From Escherichia coli (GTDB lineage: Bacteria; Pseudomonadota; Gammaproteobacteria; Enterobacterales; Enterobacteriaceae), in assembly GCF_003334305.1 (NCBI RefSeq), contig NZ_QOWS01000003.1: a stretch of DNA of 64,000 bases; one strand, 5' to 3'. Below the pieces are notes generated by a model, which had not been told where the DNA came from, ran no database searches, and saw only the letters and a list, made by a program, of their open reading frames with translations. Within the stretch, counting starts at the first letter, position 1. Each line of letters opens with the position of its first letter. A program made the translations under genes and the position numbers. Below are positions 52,663 through 62,048 of the stretch, piece by piece.

Positions 52663-54730
52663 GATTTACTGCCTGCTCATCAAGGGGAGTCTGTTGGGGC
52701 TGATAAATTGAACGATAAGCCTGTGGAATATTCCAGATCTCTTGATCGAAATCTTTGAGCTCATAAGCTGTTGATTGCTGATCATGGCGTCGTAAACCAT
52801 GGTTGTTACCAAAAAGCGTATCGAGATCGTCGGTTTTCTCAATCACGAATTGCAGGTTGTCGTCTTGCTTTTGATTGTCTGCCAGCACCAACCGGATCTT
52901 GTTCCAGTCATCGAAAAAGTATTCCTGTAAAAGCGGAATGATCTTTTTCTGGAATGCGATCTTCAATTGTTTAAACGCAGCTTCTTCATCACCGGCATCG
53001 AGTGCATTTTTTACCGGCATAAAGAACGCATGCCCCAGCGTATGTTCACGATCGTAAAGAGCCTCGATGCGGCTATTGAGTTTCTCTAACAACGACTCGA
53101 GCTCTATGCCTTTCACCTTAGCTTCACTCAGTAAAGAGAGATCAGGCATCATTTCGACAAAGTCAAAGCGACGGCGCAAAGCCGTGTCCATCAGAGCTAA
53201 AGAACGGTCCGCTGTATTCATGGCTCCGATGATATCGACATTGCCGGGTACGCTGAAGTGATCACCGCTATAAGCCAGTTGCAGGCTCATCGCATTGGGC
53301 ATGCCTGCACGCTTGTCTACTTCAATGAGTGAGATTAGTTCACCAAAGATCTTGGATATGTTACCGCGATTGATCTCATCAATGAAAATGGCGTAGCGAT
53401 GTCCTGGATCGGCATTCGCACGTTGGCAAAGGCGCATAAAGATACCCGGCTCAATGGGATAAGAGATATTGCCACTCTCGTCAGAGCGAGCGCGTATACC
53501 TTCAATAAATTCTTCATAGCCGTAAGATTGGTGGAACGTAACCACCGCAAAACGCTGGATGGCTTCGGCAGATTTAGGGCCACGTTTAAGTTCGGCGTAG
53601 AGCTCTACCAAATCCTCCACTTGCTCGAGCTGTGAATCAACTAGAAACCATTCGCTGTTATCTGTTTTGTTAAATACGGCAGGCTCACGCCGATTCTTAT
53701 AATCAACGGTTAACGACTCGGGAACTGTATAGGATTGCAAAGCTGCCCAGGCAGTATTCGATAGATTGCCATTACGACCGTTTAATAATGCCTTACGTTG
53801 AAACCACATATGTTCAATAATTTGGCGAACTTTCGCTCGTTTCCCAAGATCGAGCAGCACCAGCGTTATAACCTGCATCCAGTTCAACGATTCAAGGCGA
53901 GAATCCAGCCAGGCATCACGATCAGCGGGAACAGCATGAGAAGTGTACTCTTTCATTTTTTGCTGCAACCTGAAGGTCTTGCCAGTGCCAGGGGGGCCAA
54001 AGAAGATCACGTTAGTTGGTGAATGTAGGATGATCTTGTTCTCGATGGGCTCACTGCGGGTTATGGATGTAGTGCTAGCTACTTTCTCCTGCTTTTGTTC
54101 ATTATCGCGTTCACGGAGCAATTCATAGAGATGCCAGATGGCCATATTCACATAATAAGGATCTGTATCAGGAGATTGGGCGTGTATGGCTTGTTTCAAT
54201 TCATAGTTTTTCTGTAACCAATTTCCGGTCAGTACCAAACCGAGATGGAAGTGCTGATTTAAGAATTCTGCTGCTTTATTAAAAGCATTCTCATCCACAG
54301 TACTGGTGTAGTTTTCTGGCGAGAACGCGGCAAAGACGCGATTTCTCAAACTCCAATACATACGCTTGAGAAGTCCGTTTTCTTTAGCTTGTTGAAGTGC
54401 ATTGCCAACATATTGGTAAGTTTCTTCATCCGGCTGTTGCCGAATTCGTTCAGTTAGTTCTCTAAGCAGTGGCAGGCTTTGCTGATATTCTGCTAAGGAT
54501 GGAACGCCCTGGCGAATACTTGCAATGCCGTTGTCACGCTCATACCAAAGCTGTTTGACCAGACCATCTGTTGCAGGCTCAGCAAAAGTTGAGGTTTGCT
54601 GTAGCAAAGTCGTAAATGCACGGTATCGCTGATACCATCTGGAAGCTGTGTAATTTTTATCTTTCGCCAGGGCATCAATCAATTCACTAATCGTTAGCCT
54701 ACCTGCTTCGACACTATCTACAAGAGTCAT
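52655..54730 (-). CDS. McrB-like AAA+ GTPase subunit with non-K-12 N-terminal domain
   Basis: 691 aa with Walker A FFGPPGTGKT, the McrB signature FIDEINRGNISKIFGELISLIE, and IIGAMNTADRSLALMDTALRRRFDF. The first roughly 230 aa are unrelated to what I recall of the EcoKMcrB DNA-binding domain. Confidence 0.85.
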   Translation of the reverse strand: MTLVDSVEAGRLTISELIDALAKDKNYTASRWYQRYRAFTTLLQQTSTFAEPATDGLVKQLWYERDNGIASIRQGVPSLAEYQQSLPLLRELTERIRQQPDEETYQYVGNALQQAKENGLLKRMYWSLRNRVFAAFSPENYTSTVDENAFNKAAEFLNQHFHLGLVLTGNWLQKNYELKQAIHAQSPDTDPYYVNMAIWHLYELLRERDNEQKQEKVASTTSITRSEPIENKIILHSPTNVIFFGPPGTGKTFRLQQKMKEYTSHAVPADRDAWLDSRLESLNWMQVITLVLLDLGKRAKVRQIIEHMWFQRKALLNGRNGNLSNTAWAALQSYTVPESLTVDYKNRREPAVFNKTDNSEWFLVDSQLEQVEDLVELYAELKRGPKSAEAIQRFAVVTFHQSYGYEEFIEGIRARSDESGNISYPIEPGIFMRLCQRANADPGHRYAIFIDEINRGNISKIFGELISLIEVDKRAGMPNAMSLQLAYSGDHFSVPGNVDIIGAMNTADRSLALMDTALRRRFDFVEMMPDLSLLSEAKVKGIELESLLEKLNSRIEALYDREHTLGHAFFMPVKNALDAGDEEAAFKQLKIAFQKKIIPLLQEYFFDDWNKIRLVLADNQKQDDNLQFVIEKTDDLDTLFGNNHGLRRHDQQSTAYELKDFDQEIWNIPQAYRSIYQPQQTPLDEQAVNHG

Positions 54731-54899
54731 CGTGACTTTTCCTCTGTTGTGACATTACTTATTTTTTAATTAATATGAGGTATTCTAACTATATTGAGTT
54801 AATCGTTGTGACAAGTGCCTGTTATATATACAACTATCTGTTAACTCAGCTCTAATTTAAATACAATGTAAGGTTGTAGGGTGAATGCTGTTATCAACC

Positions 54900-55772
54900 T
54901 CACCCCCTAAAAACCTCTTTCCGATGCCACTCTACAAACACCTCATAAGGGTAATTTTTACGCACCTGCGGCAACGCAATAGTTTTCCCGTCAAAATCCC
55001 AGAATAATCTCTCAACGATCCCTCCGCCGTTTACCGCATCTGATACCAGTACCCGCATATTTTCATCCAGGCCAATCGATCCTTTATCAAAGGCTTTATG
55101 GTGAATTGCGCAAAGCGCCAGGCCATTAGGAATTTCACAAGGACCTCCTTGCTGTTTCCATTTTATATGCGCCGCTTCCAACGCTACGGTGGTGTCGTCG
55201 TGGCGCATATTAAAGCCACATATCGCGCACTGGTAGTTATAAGCGCGTAATACATTTTTGCGAAATAAAGGGTCGCGCTGTTTACGGATTTGCTGGAGAT
55301 CAAAACCCAGCTCGTCAGCAATTTCTTCCTGAATACTCTCGGTGAAGTGCGCTTCGAGTATCTGTTGCGCCAGAGTATTGATGAGTTTTTTATTGCCGGT
55401 TACCAGGGCGTAGTGCTGTTCATCGAAACCGCCTGCAACGTGGTATTCGTTCAGTTCCTTCACTGGCGGTTGTCGGCTGCTCCCTGCTGTTGAGCAAAGC
55501 TCGGCATTGTGTAATTGCCAGAATCCGTCGCCTTGTAATCGCCAGAACGGCATATCAGGTCGGTAATGTGAACGCTGTGGCCCAAAACGTTCCAGTAAAC
55601 TGTGCAGAGGTTCGTAGATTTCCGATCCATAATCGAAAAGGCGTGGATGTCCATTCAGGTATCCCGCTAATACGTATAGCAATAACAATGGCTTATGCGG
55701 CGCGCGCTGTTCACCTTTGTGCCAGATTTTTATGTTGGCAATTGCCTGCTGTAGCGATTTACTGGAAGCCAT
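54900..55772 (-). CDS. HNH_2-family endonuclease with N-terminal putative DNA-reader domain (candidate modification-dependent nuclease)
   Basis: The C-terminus has CAICGF...LEAAHIKWKQQGG...NGLALCAIHHKAFDKG, an HNH with a Cys pair. The preferred ATG at 55772 (MASSKSLQQA...) has an AGGGA Shine-Dalgarno sequence. The track ORF extends to 55829. Confidence 0.75.
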   Translation of the reverse strand: MASSKSLQQAIANIKIWHKGEQRAPHKPLLLLYVLAGYLNGHPRLFDYGSEIYEPLHSLLERFGPQRSHYRPDMPFWRLQGDGFWQLHNAELCSTAGSSRQPPVKELNEYHVAGGFDEQHYALVTGNKKLINTLAQQILEAHFTESIQEEIADELGFDLQQIRKQRDPLFRKNVLRAYNYQCAICGFNMRHDDTTVALEAAHIKWKQQGGPCEIPNGLALCAIHHKAFDKGSIGLDENMRVLVSDAVNGGGIVERLFWDFDGKTIALPQVRKNYPYEVFVEWHRKEVFRG

Positions 55773-55983
55773 TGATATCCCTGGCAGTGAAATAATTGCG
55801 ATCATGCTCGCAAATTTTCGGCTGTTCAAGCCTGCAAGTGAAGATATATTACTTTGATCTCATTTGTTTTTTTGCTGCCTGTGTACCCTAATTGCCATGC
55901 GATGTTGCACCGACGCAAACCACCTTTTACGCCGGAGGAGTTAAAAGCGTTGATGGATGCGAATAAATCAAATTAATGAACGC

Positions 55984-56964
55984 TCACTTTTCGCGCCAAA
56001 ACTGCAAAATTGCTTCTACAAACCTGTCAGAAATAACCCCCCGACGGGCTGCCGTGCTGAAATGACTGCTTCGCAGTGCCGTCGTCCAGTTCTCCGGTGA
56101 CCGGTACGCTGAACCGTAATATCCCGTGCTTAAATCGTCCGGGTCTTCATCAGGCGCGTTCGTCAGTCCTCTTTCACCTTGTTGCTGGAAGTCGACGAAA
56201 ATAATATTGGCTAAAACATTATTTTGATAATTGCCATAAATAGCTTCATACGAATGCGGGAAATTTTCTTTCCAGTACCAGGTGGTATCGCCGCAAAACC
56301 ACGGCGCGTCAGTAATATTATTAAGCTGAGAATGGTATTGTTTTAGATCCCTACGAAAGGCTTCAACCATATGATTAAAGTGTTGAGGGTGTGACGCGTA
56401 GTCACTGGTCATTAAGTCAAATTCGCCTTGCATCCAGCATACGCCGAGGAATTTGTTCTGCGGATTTTTTGCCAGTGCGGCTCGCGTTCTGCTGACTAAA
56501 TCCTGGTATAGCGGAGTATCCGATCCCCAACGACAAGCATCATGGCTGGCTCCGTGCCGTTCTGAATATGTCCCTTCGCTGCCCGCGATAAAAGCCGAGC
56601 CGCCACGACAACATGGAACGATGAGAACCCCTGCATTATCAGGAATAGAGGGCAGTAATTTCCGTGCAATATGCAGTGCCTGGCCAACGGTGCCGTACTG
56701 TGTTTGATGATTCGTTGCCAGAGGATGGTGATAACCCTGCATATCCTGAACATCGTGTGGGCAGTGAGTCAGTGGAATAATGTCGTTAAAGTGACATGAC
56801 GGGCCTCCGGGATGCGTATGCGCAAATCTCGCTAATTGTTTAATTCTGGGATGAGGCGCATCTTCCCTGTCCGGTAATGGCAGTCCTTCGCCATACGCCA
56901 TGGCATTAGACTGACCAGCAACGGTAAGAACATAGTAATAATCGGGCGATATTATTGCGTTCAT
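55984..56964 (-). CDS. nanS: 9-O-acetyl-N-acetylneuraminate esterase NanS (YjhS)
   Basis: Trimmed to MNAIISPDYYYVLTVAGQSNAMAYGEG (326 aa), which carries an SGNH-like GQSN motif. It lies downstream of nanM/nanC. Confidence 0.88.
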   Translation of the reverse strand: MNAIISPDYYYVLTVAGQSNAMAYGEGLPLPDREDAPHPRIKQLARFAHTHPGGPSCHFNDIIPLTHCPHDVQDMQGYHHPLATNHQTQYGTVGQALHIARKLLPSIPDNAGVLIVPCCRGGSAFIAGSEGTYSERHGASHDACRWGSDTPLYQDLVSRTRAALAKNPQNKFLGVCWMQGEFDLMTSDYASHPQHFNHMVEAFRRDLKQYHSQLNNITDAPWFCGDTTWYWKENFPHSYEAIYGNYQNNVLANIIFVDFQQQGERGLTNAPDEDPDDLSTGYYGSAYRSPENWTTALRSSHFSTAARRGVISDRFVEAILQFWREK

Positions 56965-57028
56965 ATAAATTTCGCGTAATTGAAATGACAAATTGATAGC
57001 AGGGCCCCTTTACCGGGGCCCTGAAGCG

Positions 57029-58135
57029 TTAATTTTGTACTGTGACTTTATTATCCTTCACAGAGATCAAAACTGAATCCGTCACCGCTTTGCCGCCTGC
57101 AGTTTCACCGCCAATAATCAATAGACTATTATTCCAGGGCAATGATACTCCGTAGGCCCGACCTTGCGATAATTCACCCGATTTATCCCATTTCCCGTTA
57201 TGCCAAAGATGAATATCAGTGCTATATGATTTTTTTAGGCCTTCATGCGCATAGTTCTTACCGTTCTGGTAATTTTCTCGTGAACCTTTGAATCCGGCCC
57301 CTCCGGCAAATATAAGAGAATCATTGCTTATCCCCGCAAAACCGCCAGCGACGCCATCTGGTGATGAGACGGGAGCAAGCTTATTCCATTTTAAATTATT
57401 ACCGGTGAAATCAAGTTCAAATACGGCATCCGTTCGCAATCCTGGTTTGGCTTCGCCATTAATAAGCCAGGTTTTATCACCTTTATTCACAAGCGCCGCA
57501 CCAGCCGTTCCGTACCAGGGAGATTCGCCAGCGTAACTCCATTGCTGTGTTGAGGGATCAAAAGACAACAGAAACTTATTGAAGAAATAATCTTCTGCTT
57601 TTTTGTCAAAATAATGGGCATTGATCTTGTCTATAGTTGCTGAATCTTTTCCAGCCTCGTTGAGATCTTCAAAATAGCCATTGAAGATATTCTGGTTAAC
57701 ACCGCCAGTAACATAAGCCTTGCCGTTGTGTACAAAAGTCACATGACCCGCCATGCCCATCGGTGCATGCGACATCAATTTAACCCAACTATTGGTTTTG
57801 GGGTTGTATTTGTGTACGTCATTAAATACCTGAGTCAAGCCCTTGCTATTTTTGCCAATGCCGCCAAACACATACAGATTGCCATCAATAAATGCCGAGG
57901 TTGCTTGATCTCTTGGTCCACCAGGGAATGCAGCTAACGCTGTCCATTTTTTATCTTTGGCCTGTGTATCCAGCTTGTACCATGCCGTACCTGCGCTACC
58001 TAAACCAATGTAGACAGTGTCGTTATCAATTGCTCCGGTACCACTTTTAAATGGCACAGGAGTTTCAGGTAATACAGACGCGTTTGCGGCAAATGAAGCC
58101 ATCATGATAGCAAGCGCCGTTATTGTTTTATTCAT
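57029..58135 (-). CDS. nanM: N-acetylneuraminate mutarotase NanM (YjhT), Kelch-repeat beta-propeller
   Basis: Trimmed to MNKTITALAIMMASFAANASVLPETP (368 aa, with a signal peptide). Repeated GG/W Kelch-like blades are present. Confidence 0.9.
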   Translation of the reverse strand: MNKTITALAIMMASFAANASVLPETPVPFKSGTGAIDNDTVYIGLGSAGTAWYKLDTQAKDKKWTALAAFPGGPRDQATSAFIDGNLYVFGGIGKNSKGLTQVFNDVHKYNPKTNSWVKLMSHAPMGMAGHVTFVHNGKAYVTGGVNQNIFNGYFEDLNEAGKDSATIDKINAHYFDKKAEDYFFNKFLLSFDPSTQQWSYAGESPWYGTAGAALVNKGDKTWLINGEAKPGLRTDAVFELDFTGNNLKWNKLAPVSSPDGVAGGFAGISNDSLIFAGGAGFKGSRENYQNGKNYAHEGLKKSYSTDIHLWHNGKWDKSGELSQGRAYGVSLPWNNSLLIIGGETAGGKAVTDSVLISVKDNKVTVQN

Positions 58136-58154
58136 TGTGACTGTCTCCTGTCTA

Positions 58155-58871
58155 CTACAGTTTAAATGACACACCAATGCGATAACTGTTTTCCGATAAA
58201 TTATCTCTGCCGTTGTAAACACCCTGACGGTCCAGGTAGTCATATTCTATGTATGGCGTAATATCGGGCGTCATATGGTATTGTAGAACAAATGCATTTT
58301 CCGTCGCCCATTTCTTATGGTTTGCATAGCGATAATCGTTCTGTTTGCTGTATAGCGTCGTTTGCCATGCGAAGGTGAAATCACTATTAATATGGTAAGT
58401 GACATATCCATCCCAACGATGAACGTTATCACGAGACATATCACCGGATAAGTCTTGTTGTCGGTAAGCTTTCCAGTCGTAACGATAGCGAATGCCAAAA
58501 TTAAGATCTTTTGTCGCGTCCCAGGACAGTTTTACGTAGGGTCCGTAGCGTGTGCCGTTGCTGCTAAAATGCGTTAACATTCCCGGGCGCACCGTCCATT
58601 GATCATCAAGTTTAATCGCGTAATTAACTTCAACCTGAACATCATTGAGTGCGGCATTTTCCTTTTTATTATCATGAATGGTATTCCAGGTATTACTTTC
58701 CATGCTTGCCCACCATCCATTTTGCCATCCCTCACTGACTTTGAGTCGAGTCTCATAGGCGTGGCTTCCACTACGATATCCACCACGTACGTCCAGTGTT
58801 GCAGCCTGAGAAATTAATGGTGACGAAAAGCACAGTAATAATACGCCAGAAAGTATTTTAGCCTTTTTCAT
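58155..58871 (-). CDS. nanC: N-acetylneuraminic acid outer-membrane channel NanC (KdgM family)
   Basis: Trimmed to MKKAKILSGVLLLCFSSPLISQAATLDVRGGY (238 aa). It shows a beta-barrel alternating pattern and a C-terminal ...YRIGVSFKL. Confidence 0.9.
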   Translation of the reverse strand: MKKAKILSGVLLLCFSSPLISQAATLDVRGGYRSGSHAYETRLKVSEGWQNGWWASMESNTWNTIHDNKKENAALNDVQVEVNYAIKLDDQWTVRPGMLTHFSSNGTRYGPYVKLSWDATKDLNFGIRYRYDWKAYRQQDLSGDMSRDNVHRWDGYVTYHINSDFTFAWQTTLYSKQNDYRYANHKKWATENAFVLQYHMTPDITPYIEYDYLDRQGVYNGRDNLSENSYRIGVSFKL

Positions 58872-59287
58872 AAATTTCACTCATTTGTAGGATACAGAAA
58901 GCAATACAAAGCCCGCATAAACAATTAGCATTTATGTTGTGTAGTATTTTTTGCCAGGCTTATAGTGTCTTTGGCAACCGATAGCTGTATTTTATATTTT
59001 TTGTATAATGTCTCCTGTGAAAAATCTCTTTCCACATTATTTAAATAAACAGAGAGCCAGATTAAATACTTGAGTATAAAATCTCTGCTGATGTTTAATT
59101 GATTTGAATGTTCGTAAGCTATATCACTTACTCAATTCATTTTACCCAGAGTCATAAAATAGAGTGTCTGTTGATCTCATTTTCATATTCCTTTCAGACT
59201 GAAGTGCATTTTCATCACCCGATGAGAAAGAACTGAAGTGATGTTTGCCATAGATTACGAGATGCCCAGTCTCATTGCCTATCGTGG

Positions 59288-59310
59288 TGCACCTTTATAC
59301 CTGTTATACC
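59288..59310 (-). promoter_or_regulatory. NanR operator (GGTATA repeats) in the nanC-fimB intergenic region
   Basis: The minus strand reads tGGTATAacaGGTATAaaGGTgca, two exact GGTATA hexamers plus a partial third. The same repeat type is known at nanA and in the nanC/fimB control region. Confidence 0.75.
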
Positions 59311-60324
59311 AGATCAAAAATCACGCAATCCATACAACGAAACCAGATTTGCAATTCGTGTCACAAAATATGTCGATCTTTTTCTAAGAAGAAGATGCCA
59401 TGTGAAGCCAGACGAACACTTGCGGAGGCCTTCACAAACCAAAGATTGTTGTTTAATTGTATGTTTTATAAGTAATTTATTTAAAGTATAAACAAGGAAA
59501 GATTTGCAAGCTAACTCAGTGAGCGTGGTGAAAATCAGTGTTTACCCGCCATCAGGCTGAGCATAATTCTCATCATGAAATATGTTTCCTGGTTTGTGGC
59601 TTGTAACTGGTCACTTCTGAAGTCGATCTGGAGAGGCTTGTTGATGTTGGTGTTTTCAGGATGATGTTTCACTTAGTTTGTTTGCCGTATCGCCCGGCGA
59701 ATGGCTGTGATTGAGGAAGGTTTAAGTCGTAGTGACCAAAGCTATATTTACCAACGAATGTAGATGAAAAAATCATCTCCTGCGTTCCCCATATCTCCAG
59801 GATAAAAAGGAATGTAACAATCTCATGGCGTAAGCTGACGAATCAGCCAGGAATAATCGCTAGGGACCTAAGAATTAGCATGATAATAGCCACTAAGAAA
59901 TTACTGCGCTCCATGAAATAGCCATTTTGTGGCAAATGGAGTTGACTAATAATGTCATATGTGAGACGGCTAGTTGAACGAATATTAAATTTTGCTGAAT
60001 TTTTTATGTTGATTTTACTTGTTACAGAACATATCACATGATATATAGATAAGATTAGTTGCATTAATGATGAGGGTTATTATTAGATTCGTATCCGATT
60101 GATAAATATATAAAGGTACATAGCATGCAAGAGCATGGCGTTTGTATGGCAACGTTATTATAATTAACTGTTGCTACTCCATTTAAGTTCACTCAGAAGA
60201 ACTGGTCCACTTACGTTAGTTATTAAGCAAACGTTCGCTTTTATAAACATAATCAGGATAAAAATGTTGGATTATTGCTAACCCAGCACAGCTAGTGCGC
60301 GTCTGTAATTATAAGGGAAAAACG

Positions 60325-60927
60325 ATGAAGAATAAGGCTGATAACAAAAAAAGGAACTTCCTGACCCATAGTGAAATCGAATCACTCCTTAAAGCAGCAA
60401 ATACCGGGCCTCATGCAGCACGTAATTATTGTCTGACTTTGCTTTGTTTTATTCATGGTTTCCGGGCGAGTGAAATTTGTCGATTGAGGATTTCGGATAT
60501 TGATCTTAAGGCAAAGTGTATATATATCCATCGATTAAAAAAAGGCTTTTCAACAACGCATCCGCTATTGAACAAAGAAGTTCAGGCTTTAAAAAACTGG
60601 TTGAGTATCCGTACTTCGTACCCGCATGCTGAGAGCGAGTGGGTATTTTTATCTCGTAAGGGAAATCCGCTTTCTCGGCAACAGTTTTACCATATTATCT
60701 CGACTTCCGGTGGTAATGCCGGGTTGTCACTGGAGATTCATCCGCACATGTTACGCCATTCGTGTGGTTTTGCTTTGGCGAATATGGGAATAGATACGCG
60801 ACTTATCCAGGATTATCTTGGGCATCGCAATATTCGTCATACTGTCTGGTATACCGCCAGCAATGCAGGGCGTTTTTACGGCATCTGGGATAGAGCCAGA
60901 GGACGACAGCGTCACGCTGTTTTATAG
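60325..60927 (+). CDS. fimB: Type 1 fimbriae switch recombinase FimB (tyrosine recombinase)
   Basis: Trimmed to MKNKADNKKRNFLTHSEIESLL (200 aa). The catalytic segment is HMLRHSCGFALANMGIDTRLIQDYLGHRNIRHTVWYT. Confidence 0.95.
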   Translation: MKNKADNKKRNFLTHSEIESLLKAANTGPHAARNYCLTLLCFIHGFRASEICRLRISDIDLKAKCIYIHRLKKGFSTTHPLLNKEVQALKNWLSIRTSYPHAESEWVFLSRKGNPLSRQQFYHIISTSGGNAGLSLEIHPHMLRHSCGFALANMGIDTRLIQDYLGHRNIRHTVWYTASNAGRFYGIWDRARGRQRHAVL

Positions 60928-61404
60928 AGATAGTTGAGATACCAGGGATGGTGTTAAAAACTACATTATTCTTACGATATATCAAAAATGATTAACCATT
61001 TATTAATTGATGTTATTGTAAGTGTGATTATTAATTTTCATAATAAACATTAAGTTAACCATATCCATACAAAATACAATGGTTTATGTTCTTCAAAATA
61101 AATAAACAAAATCATTCATAAATTTACACATCACTTAAATTCTCCTGTTTCCGCACTTTTTTCTTTATTTTTTAAGCAACTGGAAGTTAATCCACTGCAA
61201 TCTATTGTTATATTGAATCAAATCAATGAAAATAGATGTTATCACATCAGTGATATTTTATTTTTGTATGATATTTAATGTAATTGACTGATAGCCACAT
61301 CACTTCGTGTGTGGTTATCTTTTTATCTATTGGGCTAATTTTGACCGATTGAGGTTTCCTATAGGTATTCATTCAAATATATCTCAGTTAGGAGTACTAC
61401 TATT

Positions 61405-62001
61405 GTGAGTAAACGTCGTTATCTTACCGGTAAAGAAGTTCAGGCCATGATGCAGGCGGTTTGTTACGGGGCAACGGGAGCCAGAGATTATTGTCTTATT
61501 CTGTTGGCATATCGGCATGGGATGCGTATTAGTGAACTGCTTGATCTGCATTATCAGGATCTTGACCTTAATGAAGGTCGAATAAATATTCGCCGACTGA
61601 AGAACGGATTTTCTACCGTTCACCCGTTACGTTTTGATGAGCGTGAAGCCGTGGAACGCTGGACCCAGGAACGTGCTAACTGGAAAGGCGCTGACCGGAC
61701 CGACGCTATATTTATTTCTCGCCGCGGGAGTCGGCTTTCTCGCCAGCAGGCCTATCGCATTATTCGCGATGCCGGTATTGAAGCTGGAACCGTAACGCAG
61801 ACTCATCCTCATATGTTAAGGCATGCTTGTGGTTATGAACTGGCGGAGCGTGGTGCCGATACCCGTTTAATTCAGGATTATCTCGGGCATCGAAATATTC
61901 GCCATACTGTACGTTATACCGCCAGTAATGCTGCTCGTTTTGCCGGACTATGGGAAAGAAATAATCTCATAAACGAAAAATTAAAAAGAGAAGAGGTTTG
62001 A
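61405..62001 (+). CDS. fimE: Type 1 fimbriae switch recombinase FimE (ON-to-OFF)
   Basis: 198 aa with a GTG start, MSKRRYLTGKEVQAMMQAVCYG. It is a paralog of FimB (HMLRHACGYELAERGADTRLIQDYLGHRNIRHTVRYT). Confidence 0.95.
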   Translation: MSKRRYLTGKEVQAMMQAVCYGATGARDYCLILLAYRHGMRISELLDLHYQDLDLNEGRINIRRLKNGFSTVHPLRFDEREAVERWTQERANWKGADRTDAIFISRRGSRLSRQQAYRIIRDAGIEAGTVTQTHPHMLRHACGYELAERGADTRLIQDYLGHRNIRHTVRYTASNAARFAGLWERNNLINEKLKREEV

Positions 62002-62048
62002 TTTAACTCATTGATAATAAAGTTAAAAAACAAATAAATACAAGACAA

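Larger units (their letters stand above)
34299..55900. mobile_element. leuX-associated genomic (defence) island with degenerate P4-type integrase
   Basis: It starts directly after the tRNA 3' end with an integrase gene. All its cargo is absent from the K-12 map of this locus, and conserved synteny (nanS) resumes at 55984. The right boundary is approximate because no att direct repeat was found by eye. Confidence 0.65.

Noticed and set aside
59275-60064. Two small ORFs (66 aa on the + strand, 73 aa on the - strand) in the nanC-fimB spacer
   Set aside because: They lie in very AT-rich DNA where random ORFs are common, and neither has a convincing Shine-Dalgarno sequence. The first one overlaps the NanR operator. 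The region is known as a long regulatory spacer.
55830-60300. Search for a direct repeat of the leuX 3' end (ttcgagtccggccttcggcacca) marking attR of the island
   Set aside because: I found no copy or obvious partial copy by eye at the HNH/nanS junction or further toward fimB. No att site is therefore reported. A computational repeat search should be run before concluding it is absent.
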